IMG/VR virus record: IMGVR_UViG_3300029728_000029
Strand: one strand, 5' to 3'
DNA from: a virus
DNA length: 37,583 bases
Under the pieces are notes generated by a model. That model worked only from the letters and a program-made list of their open reading frames with translations. It was not told where the DNA came from and ran no database searches. Positions 25,475 through 33,004 of the stretch are shown here, in pieces; position 1 is the first letter of the stretch; every line of letters starts with the position of its first letter. The position numbers and the translations under genes were made by a program.

Positions 25475-25832
25475 ATATGGAGATACGATTTTTGATGTTT
25501 TGTTGAACGTTTGCGGAGATTATTCCCAGATAGACGAAATATTATCCTTAAACGGGCTGTTGTCTTATACTCCACAATTGACAGTAGGTCAGGAATTGGA
25601 TGTAGAAGGGCTTCAAACTTCAAACAATGCCACATTGATAAGAGCATCTGAATTCCCGTATAATTCAAATCTTTTATCGGATGAAGAATTTGAAAGGCAA
25701 TCGGAACAGATATTAGATTCAATAGAAGGCGGATATTATTTGGAAGTGCAACCGTCATTTACTACGGTTCCTCAAAATGGGGACAAGCAATATGTAAATA
25801 TATATACAAACTCAACTTTTAATGTTTTATAA
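25458..25832 (+). CDS. LysM-like protein ending in the first half of a BACON-type Ig domain
   Basis: The N-terminus YKVKYGDTIFDVLLNVCGDYSQIDEILSLNGL....GQELDV is LysM-like. The C-terminus is LEVQPSFTTVPQNGDKQYVNIYTNSTFNVL*. Confidence 0.6.
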   Translation: MAYKVKYGDTIFDVLLNVCGDYSQIDEILSLNGLLSYTPQLTVGQELDVEGLQTSNNATLIRASEFPYNSNLLSDEEFERQSEQILDSIEGGYYLEVQPSFTTVPQNGDKQYVNIYTNSTFNVL

Positions 25833-25834
25833 TT

Positions 25835-26470
25835 ATGGCAAATGTAACAAAAGGGCATGTAATATTATCCCCGAATACCGGTACAGGGGATACCCAATTA
25901 ACCCTAAAAGCAGAATCGGCAAATGTAGGTAATCGTGAGATAGTAAAATCAGTTTTTACTATTACAGCGGCAGGTGTTTCACCGAATAAAACGATAACAG
26001 CAAATTTAGCTGCTGCACCGGAGTTTATCACTTTAGAACAAGCAGGTACAGGAGTAACAGTTCCTGCCAAAGCTGGTAAAGTTACAATAACAGGAGTATC
26101 TAACAGCCCTAAGTTAGAGTTCGGTGTAGAGGGTGGTGATATCGTTGAAGAAGACTTAGGAGACAAACAATTTACAGCAGACGGGAGTATAACTGCAACT
26201 AATGGTGTTGCAATCACCGGAGACCCAGGGGCTGGCCACAAGTACGAATTCTCAATAGATATTAATTATGTGTTGAATGATACTGTAGGGACAAGAACAC
26301 AGGTATTTACTATCCAAGGTTCATCCGAATCTGTAAAACAGACATTAACGATTACACAGAGTGCAGGAGCTGCAAGATTGGAAGTTTCCCCAGCAGAGAT
26401 TACAGTTCCACAAGACGGTTCGGCAGTCAATGTACAAGTTACAACCAACACGACATTTACTGTATCTTAA
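25835..26470 (+). CDS. BACON/Ig-like repeat protein (second half, one full domain, then a first half)
   Basis: The ORF starts ..HVILSPNTGTGDTQLTLKAESANVGNREIVKSVFTITAAG, has an internal full unit ending QTLTITQSAG, and ends with LEVSPAEITVPQDGSAVNVQVTTNTTFTVS*. Confidence 0.6.
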   Translation: MANVTKGHVILSPNTGTGDTQLTLKAESANVGNREIVKSVFTITAAGVSPNKTITANLAAAPEFITLEQAGTGVTVPAKAGKVTITGVSNSPKLEFGVEGGDIVEEDLGDKQFTADGSITATNGVAITGDPGAGHKYEFSIDINYVLNDTVGTRTQVFTIQGSSESVKQTLTITQSAGAARLEVSPAEITVPQDGSAVNVQVTTNTTFTVS

Positions 26471-26543
26471 CATTATGTTTGTCCCTCTCATGCATGTAAA
26501 AATATGTTAATTCGTGGGGGGGGCAATTTAAAGTTTTGTATAT

Positions 26544-26843
26544 ATGGCTATAATTAGAAAACAAAAAAAGTGGTCTGACGGTATAGGATATTTTTATGTA
26601 GCCTATGACCCTGAAAAAAAATCTCAAAGAGTAGAGATTACTTCAGATATAAATGCTACATTTGAGCAAAGAGACCAAGAAGTAATATTCCAAACTACTG
26701 TAGGAGATAAACAAGATACTTTATATTTGGTTCAAAAAGCCGAAAATTGCAAAGTCGCTTATTATCATTCTACGGGTATGGGAGATATAAGGGCGGTATA
26801 TAGCATGAACGGGAAAGAAGTATTAGGAGTATTTAAATCTTAA
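26544..26843 (+). CDS. Small protein beginning with a BACON-like second half
   Basis: KKWSDGIGYFYVAYDPEKKSQRVEITSDINATFEQRDQEVIFQTTVGDKQDTLYLVQKAE fits the W...G....v.it...N...R.a.i......tl.v.Q.a pattern. Confidence 0.45.
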   Translation: MAIIRKQKKWSDGIGYFYVAYDPEKKSQRVEITSDINATFEQRDQEVIFQTTVGDKQDTLYLVQKAENCKVAYYHSTGMGDIRAVYSMNGKEVLGVFKS

Positions 26844-26847
26844 ATAT

Positions 26848-27699
26848 ATGGCAGTACAATATGTAGACATAACATCATTATCAGAATATACAGAGAGCGA
26901 TTTAAATGGGAATGAGCCTATACAAGTCTCCGCCTCTGCATTTACGACTATAAATGCTATAAATGAGTGGGGAGAAACAAAATTCGGGGGTAGACCTACT
27001 ATGTTGGAAATGCCTCACTCATTTATAAATCTTAATGATGGTTCTTCTTCAGCAGCTATATCCAATGTAATTAATTCTGTCTCTTCTGGATGGACTGATT
27101 TTGTATCTAAAGTAAGCTCGGCTAATATTGTATATAGTCGTTCAAATTTAGCAGCATTAAACAATTACAGAATATTTGTAGCGACAATAACGTCCAACTT
27201 GACAAATACAGTTAGTTTTGTCGATATGTCTAATAACACTATTACGTTAAGAGTTATTACATATAATTCGTCAAATAGTACCTATACTTTCAAATTGACG
27301 AGTTATAATGTAGATACTATTAAAGATAGTATACCGACAGGCTCATTTAAATATCAAACCTCTAATGTTTTCGCCTATCCAAAGCCAGGCGATTATATAT
27401 TAGGAGTTTATTCGACTGCTACGTCCGTAATTAATTTAAGGGCTTCAGATTTTTTGATAGACAATAACCATACATGTAAAGTAGTAGTACCATACAATAC
27501 TACAAAAGTACAAGTTGTGACGGATAACGGTATTTCCCCGTTAATGACAGATTTGGCATTTGAGCCTTCCGATTTCGGTGCAGAAACCAACGATAGGATA
27601 GTTTATACTATTACGGCTTTTGCGTCAAATAACAATCCGTCAGCAAGACAAGTTTGGTTTTTTATAGATGCAGAGTTATATAGATTAAGAACGAAGTAA
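26848..27699 (+). CDS. Tail/baseplate structural protein
   Basis: A 283-aa S/T/N-rich ORF tightly packed in the baseplate-fibre module. Confidence 0.5.
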   Translation: MAVQYVDITSLSEYTESDLNGNEPIQVSASAFTTINAINEWGETKFGGRPTMLEMPHSFINLNDGSSSAAISNVINSVSSGWTDFVSKVSSANIVYSRSNLAALNNYRIFVATITSNLTNTVSFVDMSNNTITLRVITYNSSNSTYTFKLTSYNVDTIKDSIPTGSFKYQTSNVFAYPKPGDYILGVYSTATSVINLRASDFLIDNNHTCKVVVPYNTTKVQVVTDNGISPLMTDLAFEPSDFGAETNDRIVYTITAFASNNNPSARQVWFFIDAELYRLRTK

Positions 27700-27701
27700 T
27701 T

Positions 27702-28487
27702 ATGGAAGATTTAAGACAACAAATAATAATAGCTATACAGTCTTTATTCCAGAACGTAAACACTTCTGCTTCTGCTATATGGATGCGTCTTGTAGACGCT
27801 CTTTCTACTATATTCAATATAGTAGCCAATGAGATACTATTTTCAGAAGATAATATAGCCAATACAGCTCGGAATTTAAGAGTAACACGTAAAGATTATT
27901 ATCTGGATAAGGCTTTATATTTCCAATATGGGGATAATCTGGTAATTTTGGATAATGATACTAAAGAAATGGGGTATAATCCTATAAATGAGAATAACAG
28001 GATTATAAAGCAGGCTACAGTATCGACGTCTGAAGGAGGTATAATATTAAATGTAGCTACTACCGACAATACAGGCAATCTAACTCCTTTGAGTTCAGAC
28101 CAGCTTACGGCATTCAAAGATTACTACGAAAATTTTATACCATTGGGATTCAATCTATTTATACAGAGCCGAGAACCGGATATATTAACATTCCCTGAAG
28201 GCATGACAGTGTATTACAGTGCCGGCAATTCTCTTGCTCAGGTGAAAAATGATATAGAATCCATGAAAACGACTATACAACAGAATATAGTGTTAGGCGC
28301 TCCATTGTTCATAAACGATTTAGAAAAATCCTTCCAAGAAGTATCAGGAGTTGAAGCAGCATATATCCCTGACGTTGTTTCTACAAATGGTTCACTGACA
28401 TATAATGCGGAAAATGGAAGGATAAAATTAGTATCAGGATATTTTAATTTTGCGGAGGATTTAAATATTAGCTATGTTCCCGTTTAG
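27702..28487 (+). CDS. Possible baseplate J-like protein
   Basis: The 261-aa ORF is in the right position. GIILNVATTDNTGNLTPLSSDQLTAFKDYYENFIPLG resembles the C-terminal part of Baseplate_J from memory. Confidence 0.35.
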   Translation: MEDLRQQIIIAIQSLFQNVNTSASAIWMRLVDALSTIFNIVANEILFSEDNIANTARNLRVTRKDYYLDKALYFQYGDNLVILDNDTKEMGYNPINENNRIIKQATVSTSEGGIILNVATTDNTGNLTPLSSDQLTAFKDYYENFIPLGFNLFIQSREPDILTFPEGMTVYYSAGNSLAQVKNDIESMKTTIQQNIVLGAPLFINDLEKSFQEVSGVEAAYIPDVVSTNGSLTYNAENGRIKLVSGYFNFAEDLNISYVPV

Positions 28488-29022
28488 AGAAATAAATATA
28501 CCTAAACTTATTTACCAGATAAACAGACCTAATTATATGGTAAATAATGAATACAGGTTGAACAACTTCTATAAGCTGTTGTTATGTTTGTTATATCCTT
28601 TTATCTTACTATGGAACGAATATAATACAAAAAGGCAACGGGCATATAAAATAGCTGCCTGCCAATATGGGAAGCAACAAGTAATAGATATTCTTAATGA
28701 CCTATACGACCCTGACGGGAGGCATATAGAGGCTATAAATGTCACTTCAAATAAAGTATATCTATATCCTTCAGATTATGAAGCTGGCGAAAAAGTATAT
28801 TGGAGCGATAAAGACTATACGACTGGGGGAAAGTCATATTTATATACTTCATCTTTGACAACAGGAGTAATTATAAATTACCCGTCTTATTTAGAAGAAA
28901 ATAAAGATACATTTTCAGAATTTACCCAAACTGTAGATTCATTAATAATATGGGGGATAAAATATAAACTAAAATCAGTACAATATGCTCAAAGACACAA
29001 TATTATCATATATAAACGATGA
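28474..29022 (+). CDS. Baseplate/tail-fibre-proximal protein
   Basis: A 182-aa ORF overlapping both neighbours. Confidence 0.4.
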   Translation: MFPFREINIPKLIYQINRPNYMVNNEYRLNNFYKLLLCLLYPFILLWNEYNTKRQRAYKIAACQYGKQQVIDILNDLYDPDGRHIEAINVTSNKVYLYPSDYEAGEKVYWSDKDYTTGGKSYLYTSSLTTGVIINYPSYLEENKDTFSEFTQTVDSLIIWGIKYKLKSVQYAQRHNIIIYKR

Positions 29023-30184
29023 TGGCAATCTTGTTTATATAAATGACTTAGTAAGCGCATTTGATAACTGGCAAAGCGCATTAGGGATATTTTTAGGGGC
29101 AAGTAATTACAAATTCATTGATATTAGTATGTCTAATGAGATGGATTCGGCTACTTTTACTTCTGGGACTACCCAGCTTATATTTAAAACCCCTTCATCT
29201 CTACCGTCATTAGCTACAGGGACTATAATAATTGCGACCTGCAATAAAACATTTACTGTTACAGAACGAAATAGAGCGACTGTATATGTATGGTTAAGCG
29301 ATGTAGAACAACGTTCGTCAGAAACAGGGCAAGAATATACAGCTATAAAAAGAGCATTATTTAGCAATACTCAACCTACAGGAATATCCGAAGTGGCTAC
29401 AATCGACTTAACATGGGCTGTAGGTATGGACGGATATTCATTCTATCACACATACGATTGGCGGGCGAATCTGGTATTACCGTCAAGTATAGGGTTATCA
29501 GACATAGCAAATGGGGCTGTAGGAACCCTAAAGATAGCCAACGGAGCCGTCACCTCCGAAAAGATAGCTGACGGTACTATTTCGACTCCAGATATAGCCA
29601 ACGGAGCCGTCACCTCCGAAAAGATAGCTGACGGTACTATTTCGACTCCAGATATAGCCAACGGAGCCATCACCTCTGCTAAAATAGGGGATTATCAAGT
29701 AACAGAACGGAACATTGGATTAGGCTCAATATCTAATGACGCACTACAATCCGGTTCAGTATCAAATGAAAATATTATAGATTATAGCATAGACTCCTCG
29801 AAAATTGCTGCACTTGCCGTTACTGATGATAAACTTAACCTGACTCCTTTTTTCTTAAATGGTAACGCGGTATATTATCTTAATTTAAGAATGGCAAAAA
29901 GCGGGAGTGAAACTCAAAATCAAGTTTTATTTGAAACTGCTGGTATAAATAATTCAAAGACTTATGGCAATGGCACTAAGAATCCAGTTGTAACTATAAA
30001 CTTTATATCAGCAAGAGCACAAAGTATTATCCTTTCTGTTTATGATGAATCATCAAATTTTATACAAAAATTGGCAAAGGTTAATTATACAGTAGGTAAT
30101 CAACAAGTCCAGATTTTGATAGATGATGTATCAGGCAATTACGCATATTCAATAAATGCTATTATATATTTAACAAGGAATTAA
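28985..30184 (+). CDS. Tail fibre protein with IANGAVTSEKIADGTISTPD repeats
   Basis: A 399-aa ORF and the last structural gene before the lysis cassette. It contains decapeptide-type repeats of the form IA(N/D)G(A/T)(V/I)(T/S)... Confidence 0.7.
   Translation: MLKDTILSYINDDGNLVYINDLVSAFDNWQSALGIFLGASNYKFIDISMSNEMDSATFTSGTTQLIFKTPSSLPSLATGTIIIATCNKTFTVTERNRATVYVWLSDVEQRSSETGQEYTAIKRALFSNTQPTGISEVATIDLTWAVGMDGYSFYHTYDWRANLVLPSSIGLSDIANGAVGTLKIANGAVTSEKIADGTISTPDIANGAVTSEKIADGTISTPDIANGAITSAKIGDYQVTERNIGLGSISNDALQSGSVSNENIIDYSIDSSKIAALAVTDDKLNLTPFFLNGNAVYYLNLRMAKSGSETQNQVLFETAGINNSKTYGNGTKNPVVTINFISARAQSIILSVYDESSNFIQKLAKVNYTVGNQQVQILIDDVSGNYAYSINAIIYLTRN
29534..29653 (+). repeat. Perfect 2 x 60-nt tandem duplication inside the fibre gene
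   Basis: 29534-29593 and 29594-29653 are identical (atagccaacggagccgtcacctccgaaaagatagctgacggtactatttcgactccagat). A partial third copy at 29654-29676 has one mismatch. Confidence 0.95.
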
Positions 30185-30187
30185 ATT

Positions 30188-30667
30188 ATGGAGAATCAGG
30201 CGGGAGGATTTCAGGGATTTTTAGGGAGTTTATTTGCTGTAGTAATAAGCTACATAGCCCCTATATATGATTATGTTATAATTATCGCTTATATATTCTT
30301 GATAAACTTTATAATAGGATTGATAGAAGATATCATTGTAAAACAGAAAACGTTTAAATGCAAAAAGTTTTACTTCTGCTTATGTGAGATGTTAGTGTTT
30401 TATCTTTTAGTAGGGAGCGTTTATTTTATAGGTAATAAATTCCATAACGAAGAAATGGCGTTACAGGGCATATCGGCAATTGTAGCAATCGTCACGTATT
30501 TTTATTCATTGAACATACTGACTAACATAAAATCATTGTTTCCGAATAATAGGGCAATATCTTTTATACATTATATAGTAAGCTTTGAGATATTAAATAA
30601 AATACCATATTTTAAAGAATTTGAAACACATGAAGCATCTGAATCAAATAGGAGCAAAGGGGCTTAA
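30188..30667 (+). CDS. Holin-like membrane protein
   Basis: The 159-aa ORF has 3-4 hydrophobic helices and a charged C-terminus. It lies immediately upstream of the endolysin and overlaps it. Confidence 0.6.
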   Translation: MENQAGGFQGFLGSLFAVVISYIAPIYDYVIIIAYIFLINFIIGLIEDIIVKQKTFKCKKFYFCLCEMLVFYLLVGSVYFIGNKFHNEEMALQGISAIVAIVTYFYSLNILTNIKSLFPNNRAISFIHYIVSFEILNKIPYFKEFETHEASESNRSKGA

Positions 30668-31076
30668 CCTTATAAAGGAATTTGAGGGGTTAAGACTGGT
30701 TGCATATAAGTGTCCAGCCGGAGTATGGACTATCGGGTACGGGCATACATATAATGTAAAAGAAGGCGATGTAATAACAGAGGCTAAAGCAACGGAATTT
30801 CTTTTAGATGATATTTCTAATGCTGTAGATATAGTATCCGGCTCAACTATGGATGTGGAATTGACACAAAACCAGTTTGACGCATTAGTCTCTTTTACTT
30901 ATAATGTCGGGGTGAAGAACTTTTCGGATTCTACACTTTTGCGTAAAGTGAAATTAAATCCGAATGACCCTACTATCGCTAATGAGTTCAAGAAATGGAT
31001 ATATGCAGGGAAAGAAGTGCTTTCAGGACTTGTAAGGAGAAGGAAGGCAGAATCTGAATTATATTTTAAGAAATGA
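30621..31076 (+). CDS. Endolysin, GH24 (T4-type) lysozyme
   Basis: GLNLIKEFEGLRLVAYKCPAGVWTIGYGHT, QNQFDALVSFTYNVG and GLVRRRKAE form the canonical GH24 motif set. Confidence 0.9.
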   Translation: MKHMKHLNQIGAKGLNLIKEFEGLRLVAYKCPAGVWTIGYGHTYNVKEGDVITEAKATEFLLDDISNAVDIVSGSTMDVELTQNQFDALVSFTYNVGVKNFSDSTLLRKVKLNPNDPTIANEFKKWIYAGKEVLSGLVRRRKAESELYFKK

Positions 31077-31561
31077 GAAAATTTGGGGTGTTATTGGTTC
31101 TCTCGCTCTTTCTGTCCTTTGCTTGTGGCTATGTCATAGGCAAACATGCCAATACACCCCAAATAGAGGCTCATACAGACACTTTCGTGATAACGAGGGT
31201 AGATACTATCATTGACACGCTTTTGATTCCAAAATACATCAAAATAAAGGAGACTATCAGGGACACGTTGTATGTTCCTGAACTTTCTAAGCCGGCAGAA
31301 GTAGAAATACCGATATCTGAATACTGTTTTGAAGATTCTACATATTCAATATGTATGACCGGATATAAGGTAGAGGCTAAAAAGATAGAGGTTTATTCTC
31401 CAGTCAAGTATTTAACCATAACAAAAACTGAAACGCATATTAAAAAAAAGAAAAGCCACTTCAGCTTAGGATTGCAGGCAGGATATGGTTACGCCATTTC
31501 TTGTAATAAATTTTCTCCATATCTCGGTTTTGGTGCACAATGGAATTTTCTAACATTTTAG
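31073..31561 (+). CDS. Spanin-like / lysis-associated lipoprotein candidate
   Basis: The signal-like N-terminus is MRKFGVLLVLSLFLSFAC with a Cys at the end. The gene has a 4-nt overlap with the endolysin and is the last gene of the late arm. Confidence 0.4.
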   Translation: MRKFGVLLVLSLFLSFACGYVIGKHANTPQIEAHTDTFVITRVDTIIDTLLIPKYIKIKETIRDTLYVPELSKPAEVEIPISEYCFEDSTYSICMTGYKVEAKKIEVYSPVKYLTITKTETHIKKKKSHFSLGLQAGYGYAISCNKFSPYLGFGAQWNFLTF

Positions 31562-31602
31562 TGTGTTGGTAGTATAGAGGATAGAAATATTCTCATGCTA
31601 TT

Positions 31603-31637
31603 AAAAAAAGGCTGCAACTTTCGTTGTAGCCTTTTCT
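31603..31637. terminator. Bidirectional intrinsic terminator at the convergence point
   Basis: An A7 run is followed by ggctgcaac (31610-18), loop tttc, gttgtagcc (31623-31) and then ttttct. The 9-bp stem includes one G-U pair. U-tracts are available on both strands. Confidence 0.7.
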
Positions 31638-31672
31638 ACATTATCATTTAATATGAAAAAAATTAAGTGGTG

Positions 31673-31696
31673 ACAACTATTTTCACAAACCGTTGT
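31673..31696 (-). terminator. Hairpin 1 of 3 with conserved apical TTTGTGAAA (minus sense)
   Basis: acaac / gttgt form the outer stem and ttt/aaa the inner pairs around tcac. In minus-sense RNA the apical loop is a GUGA tetraloop. Confidence 0.35.
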
Positions 31697-31737
31697 AGAT
31701 ACATACGAATATTAAACACTATGCAAATATATAAAAA

Positions 31738-31763
31738 CTCCCCGAATTTCACAATTTGGGGAG
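31738..31763 (-). terminator. Hairpin 2 of 3, followed on the minus strand by T5 and TATATTTG
   Basis: ctcccc / ggggag form the outer stem and aatt/aatt the inner stem around tcac. On the minus strand T5 follows, then an exact TATATTTG (31731..31724). Confidence 0.5.
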
Positions 31764-31827
31764 CCTCATTTGCCAATTTTTCTGTTTTCCGAAATGCTGT
31801 ACTTAATGATATGTACAAATATAAAAA

Positions 31828-31857
31828 ATCCCGTCTATTTTCACAAACAAACGGGAT
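31828..31857 (-). terminator. Hairpin 3 of 3, directly downstream of dps, followed by T5 and TATATTTG
   Basis: atcccgt / acgggat form the outer stem and ttt/aaa the inner pairs around tcac. On the minus strand T5 follows, then an exact TATATTTG (31823..31816), with TTTG 20 nt upstream of that box. Confidence 0.5.
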
Positions 31858-31889
31858 AAATACGTATTAAAAATAATGAATAATAATGT

Positions 31890-32324
31890 TTAACTAAAAC
31901 TAAGCTTGTCAGATTGTATTAAAAAGAATAGGTATTTGTCTCTTATTTTTCTTGTTATTTTAACCATTAAATCTGCCGTTGTATCGTCAAATTGGTTGAA
32001 GTTATCATTTATATAATCATATATCTTTTGTAATTCTGATATAGTATCCTTTAGCATCATTTCAAGAGAAGGAATAAATTTAATAGGCTCTATAAAGGAA
32101 AATTTTAAATATTGTTCAAAATTATAGGGCGGTATTCCTCCGGTTACTACGGTACTTTCCGCAATTTCATCTACAAAATCTATTAGTTTTTCGTTTATTT
32201 CGTCAAAATACGGATGATAAGTCATAAAGTCGTGCCCTACCATAGTCCAGTGACGGGCTTTAATATTCTCAGCGCATATTTTTAATGACGCTTGTATAAT
32301 ATTTAAAATTTCCTCTGTTTCCAT
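31890..32324 (-). CDS. dps: Dps-family (ferritin-like) DNA-binding protein
   Basis: In KARHWTMVGHDFMTYHPYFDEINEKLIDFVDEIAES the spacing is H-x11-H-x14-D-x3-E. That matches the Dps ferroxidase ligand pattern (E. coli H51/H63/D78/E82 as I recall it). The 144-aa size also fits. Confidence 0.8.
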   Translation of the reverse strand: METEEILNIIQASLKICAENIKARHWTMVGHDFMTYHPYFDEINEKLIDFVDEIAESTVVTGGIPPYNFEQYLKFSFIEPIKFIPSLEMMLKDTISELQKIYDYINDNFNQFDDTTADLMVKITRKIRDKYLFFLIQSDKLSFS

Positions 32325-32334
32325 GATTTATATT

Positions 32335-32637
32335 TTAAAAAGGACAATCATCATTATTATTATTTCGACTATTATTGTTTTGTTGTGTCTCTGTTTTATT
32401 TGTTTTTATTTCAACTCCTTTACCGCAGAATATTTTAGGTTGATTTGACAATCTTTCTTCTGCATTTTGATTTATGTAAACTGTAATGTCACTTCCGTAA
32501 GGGTCTGGCTGTTTACGTTTACATGCACATAGCTTAACAACATTGGCCTCATTCCCATTTTTCCGCAGGAAATTTTTTATTTTATCCGAGGGGATTTGGC
32601 TCAAATCTATTTCAATAACAATCATTTCCATACACAA
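32335..32637 (-). CDS. Small protein with N/Q-rich linker and SSB-like C-terminal tip DDCPF
   Basis: The ORF ends ...TETQQNNNSRNNNNDDCPF*, which resembles the bacterial SSB tail ...DDDIPF. The ~75-aa N-terminal domain is not recognised. Confidence 0.5.
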   Translation of the reverse strand: MCMEMIVIEIDLSQIPSDKIKNFLRKNGNEANVVKLCACKRKQPDPYGSDITVYINQNAEERLSNQPKIFCGKGVEIKTNKTETQQNNNSRNNNNDDCPF

Positions 32638-32649
32638 ATATATTAAATT

Positions 32650-33003
32650 TTATAATTCAACGTATATTTCTCGTTCATTTTCTTGTTTATCCGAGTTGTA
32701 TAAATCCGCTAACTCTTTTAAGTTATCAGGACTTATAATAAATAAACATCCCTTTTTGTTTTTTTCCTTTATAGCTACAAGAGGTATTTTCCCCTCTTTC
32801 TTAGCTTTTTTAGAAGTATCATCGAATAATCTCCATATCGAAAACGATTCACGTAGTTTGCATTCTATGTAAATATCAGGGTGCATAGAATCGGAGTGAG
32901 TATTATGCCCTGAATTGCTACCTGAAAGGGGGACTCTTTTAGTCCCAAAAATGGCTGCTACTGCTGCCTCGAATCTTTGCCATGTTCTTTTACTTGTTGC
33001 CAT
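32650..33003 (-). CDS. PD-(D/E)xK-type nuclease, Holliday-junction-resolvase-like
   Basis: RFEAAVAAIFGTKRVPLSGS....HSDSMHPDIYIECKLRE fits the E..v......G.rv..SG....D....iE.K pattern of Hjc-like resolvases. Confidence 0.45.
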   Translation of the reverse strand: MATSKRTWQRFEAAVAAIFGTKRVPLSGSNSGHNTHSDSMHPDIYIECKLRESFSIWRLFDDTSKKAKKEGKIPLVAIKEKNKKGCLFIISPDNLKELADLYNSDKQENEREIYVEL

Positions 33004-33004
33004 A

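Noticed and set aside
31667-31870. Listed 67-aa plus-strand ORF in the convergence zone
   Set aside because: It lies downstream of the bidirectional terminator, runs through three hairpins, and has no ribosome-binding or coupling context.
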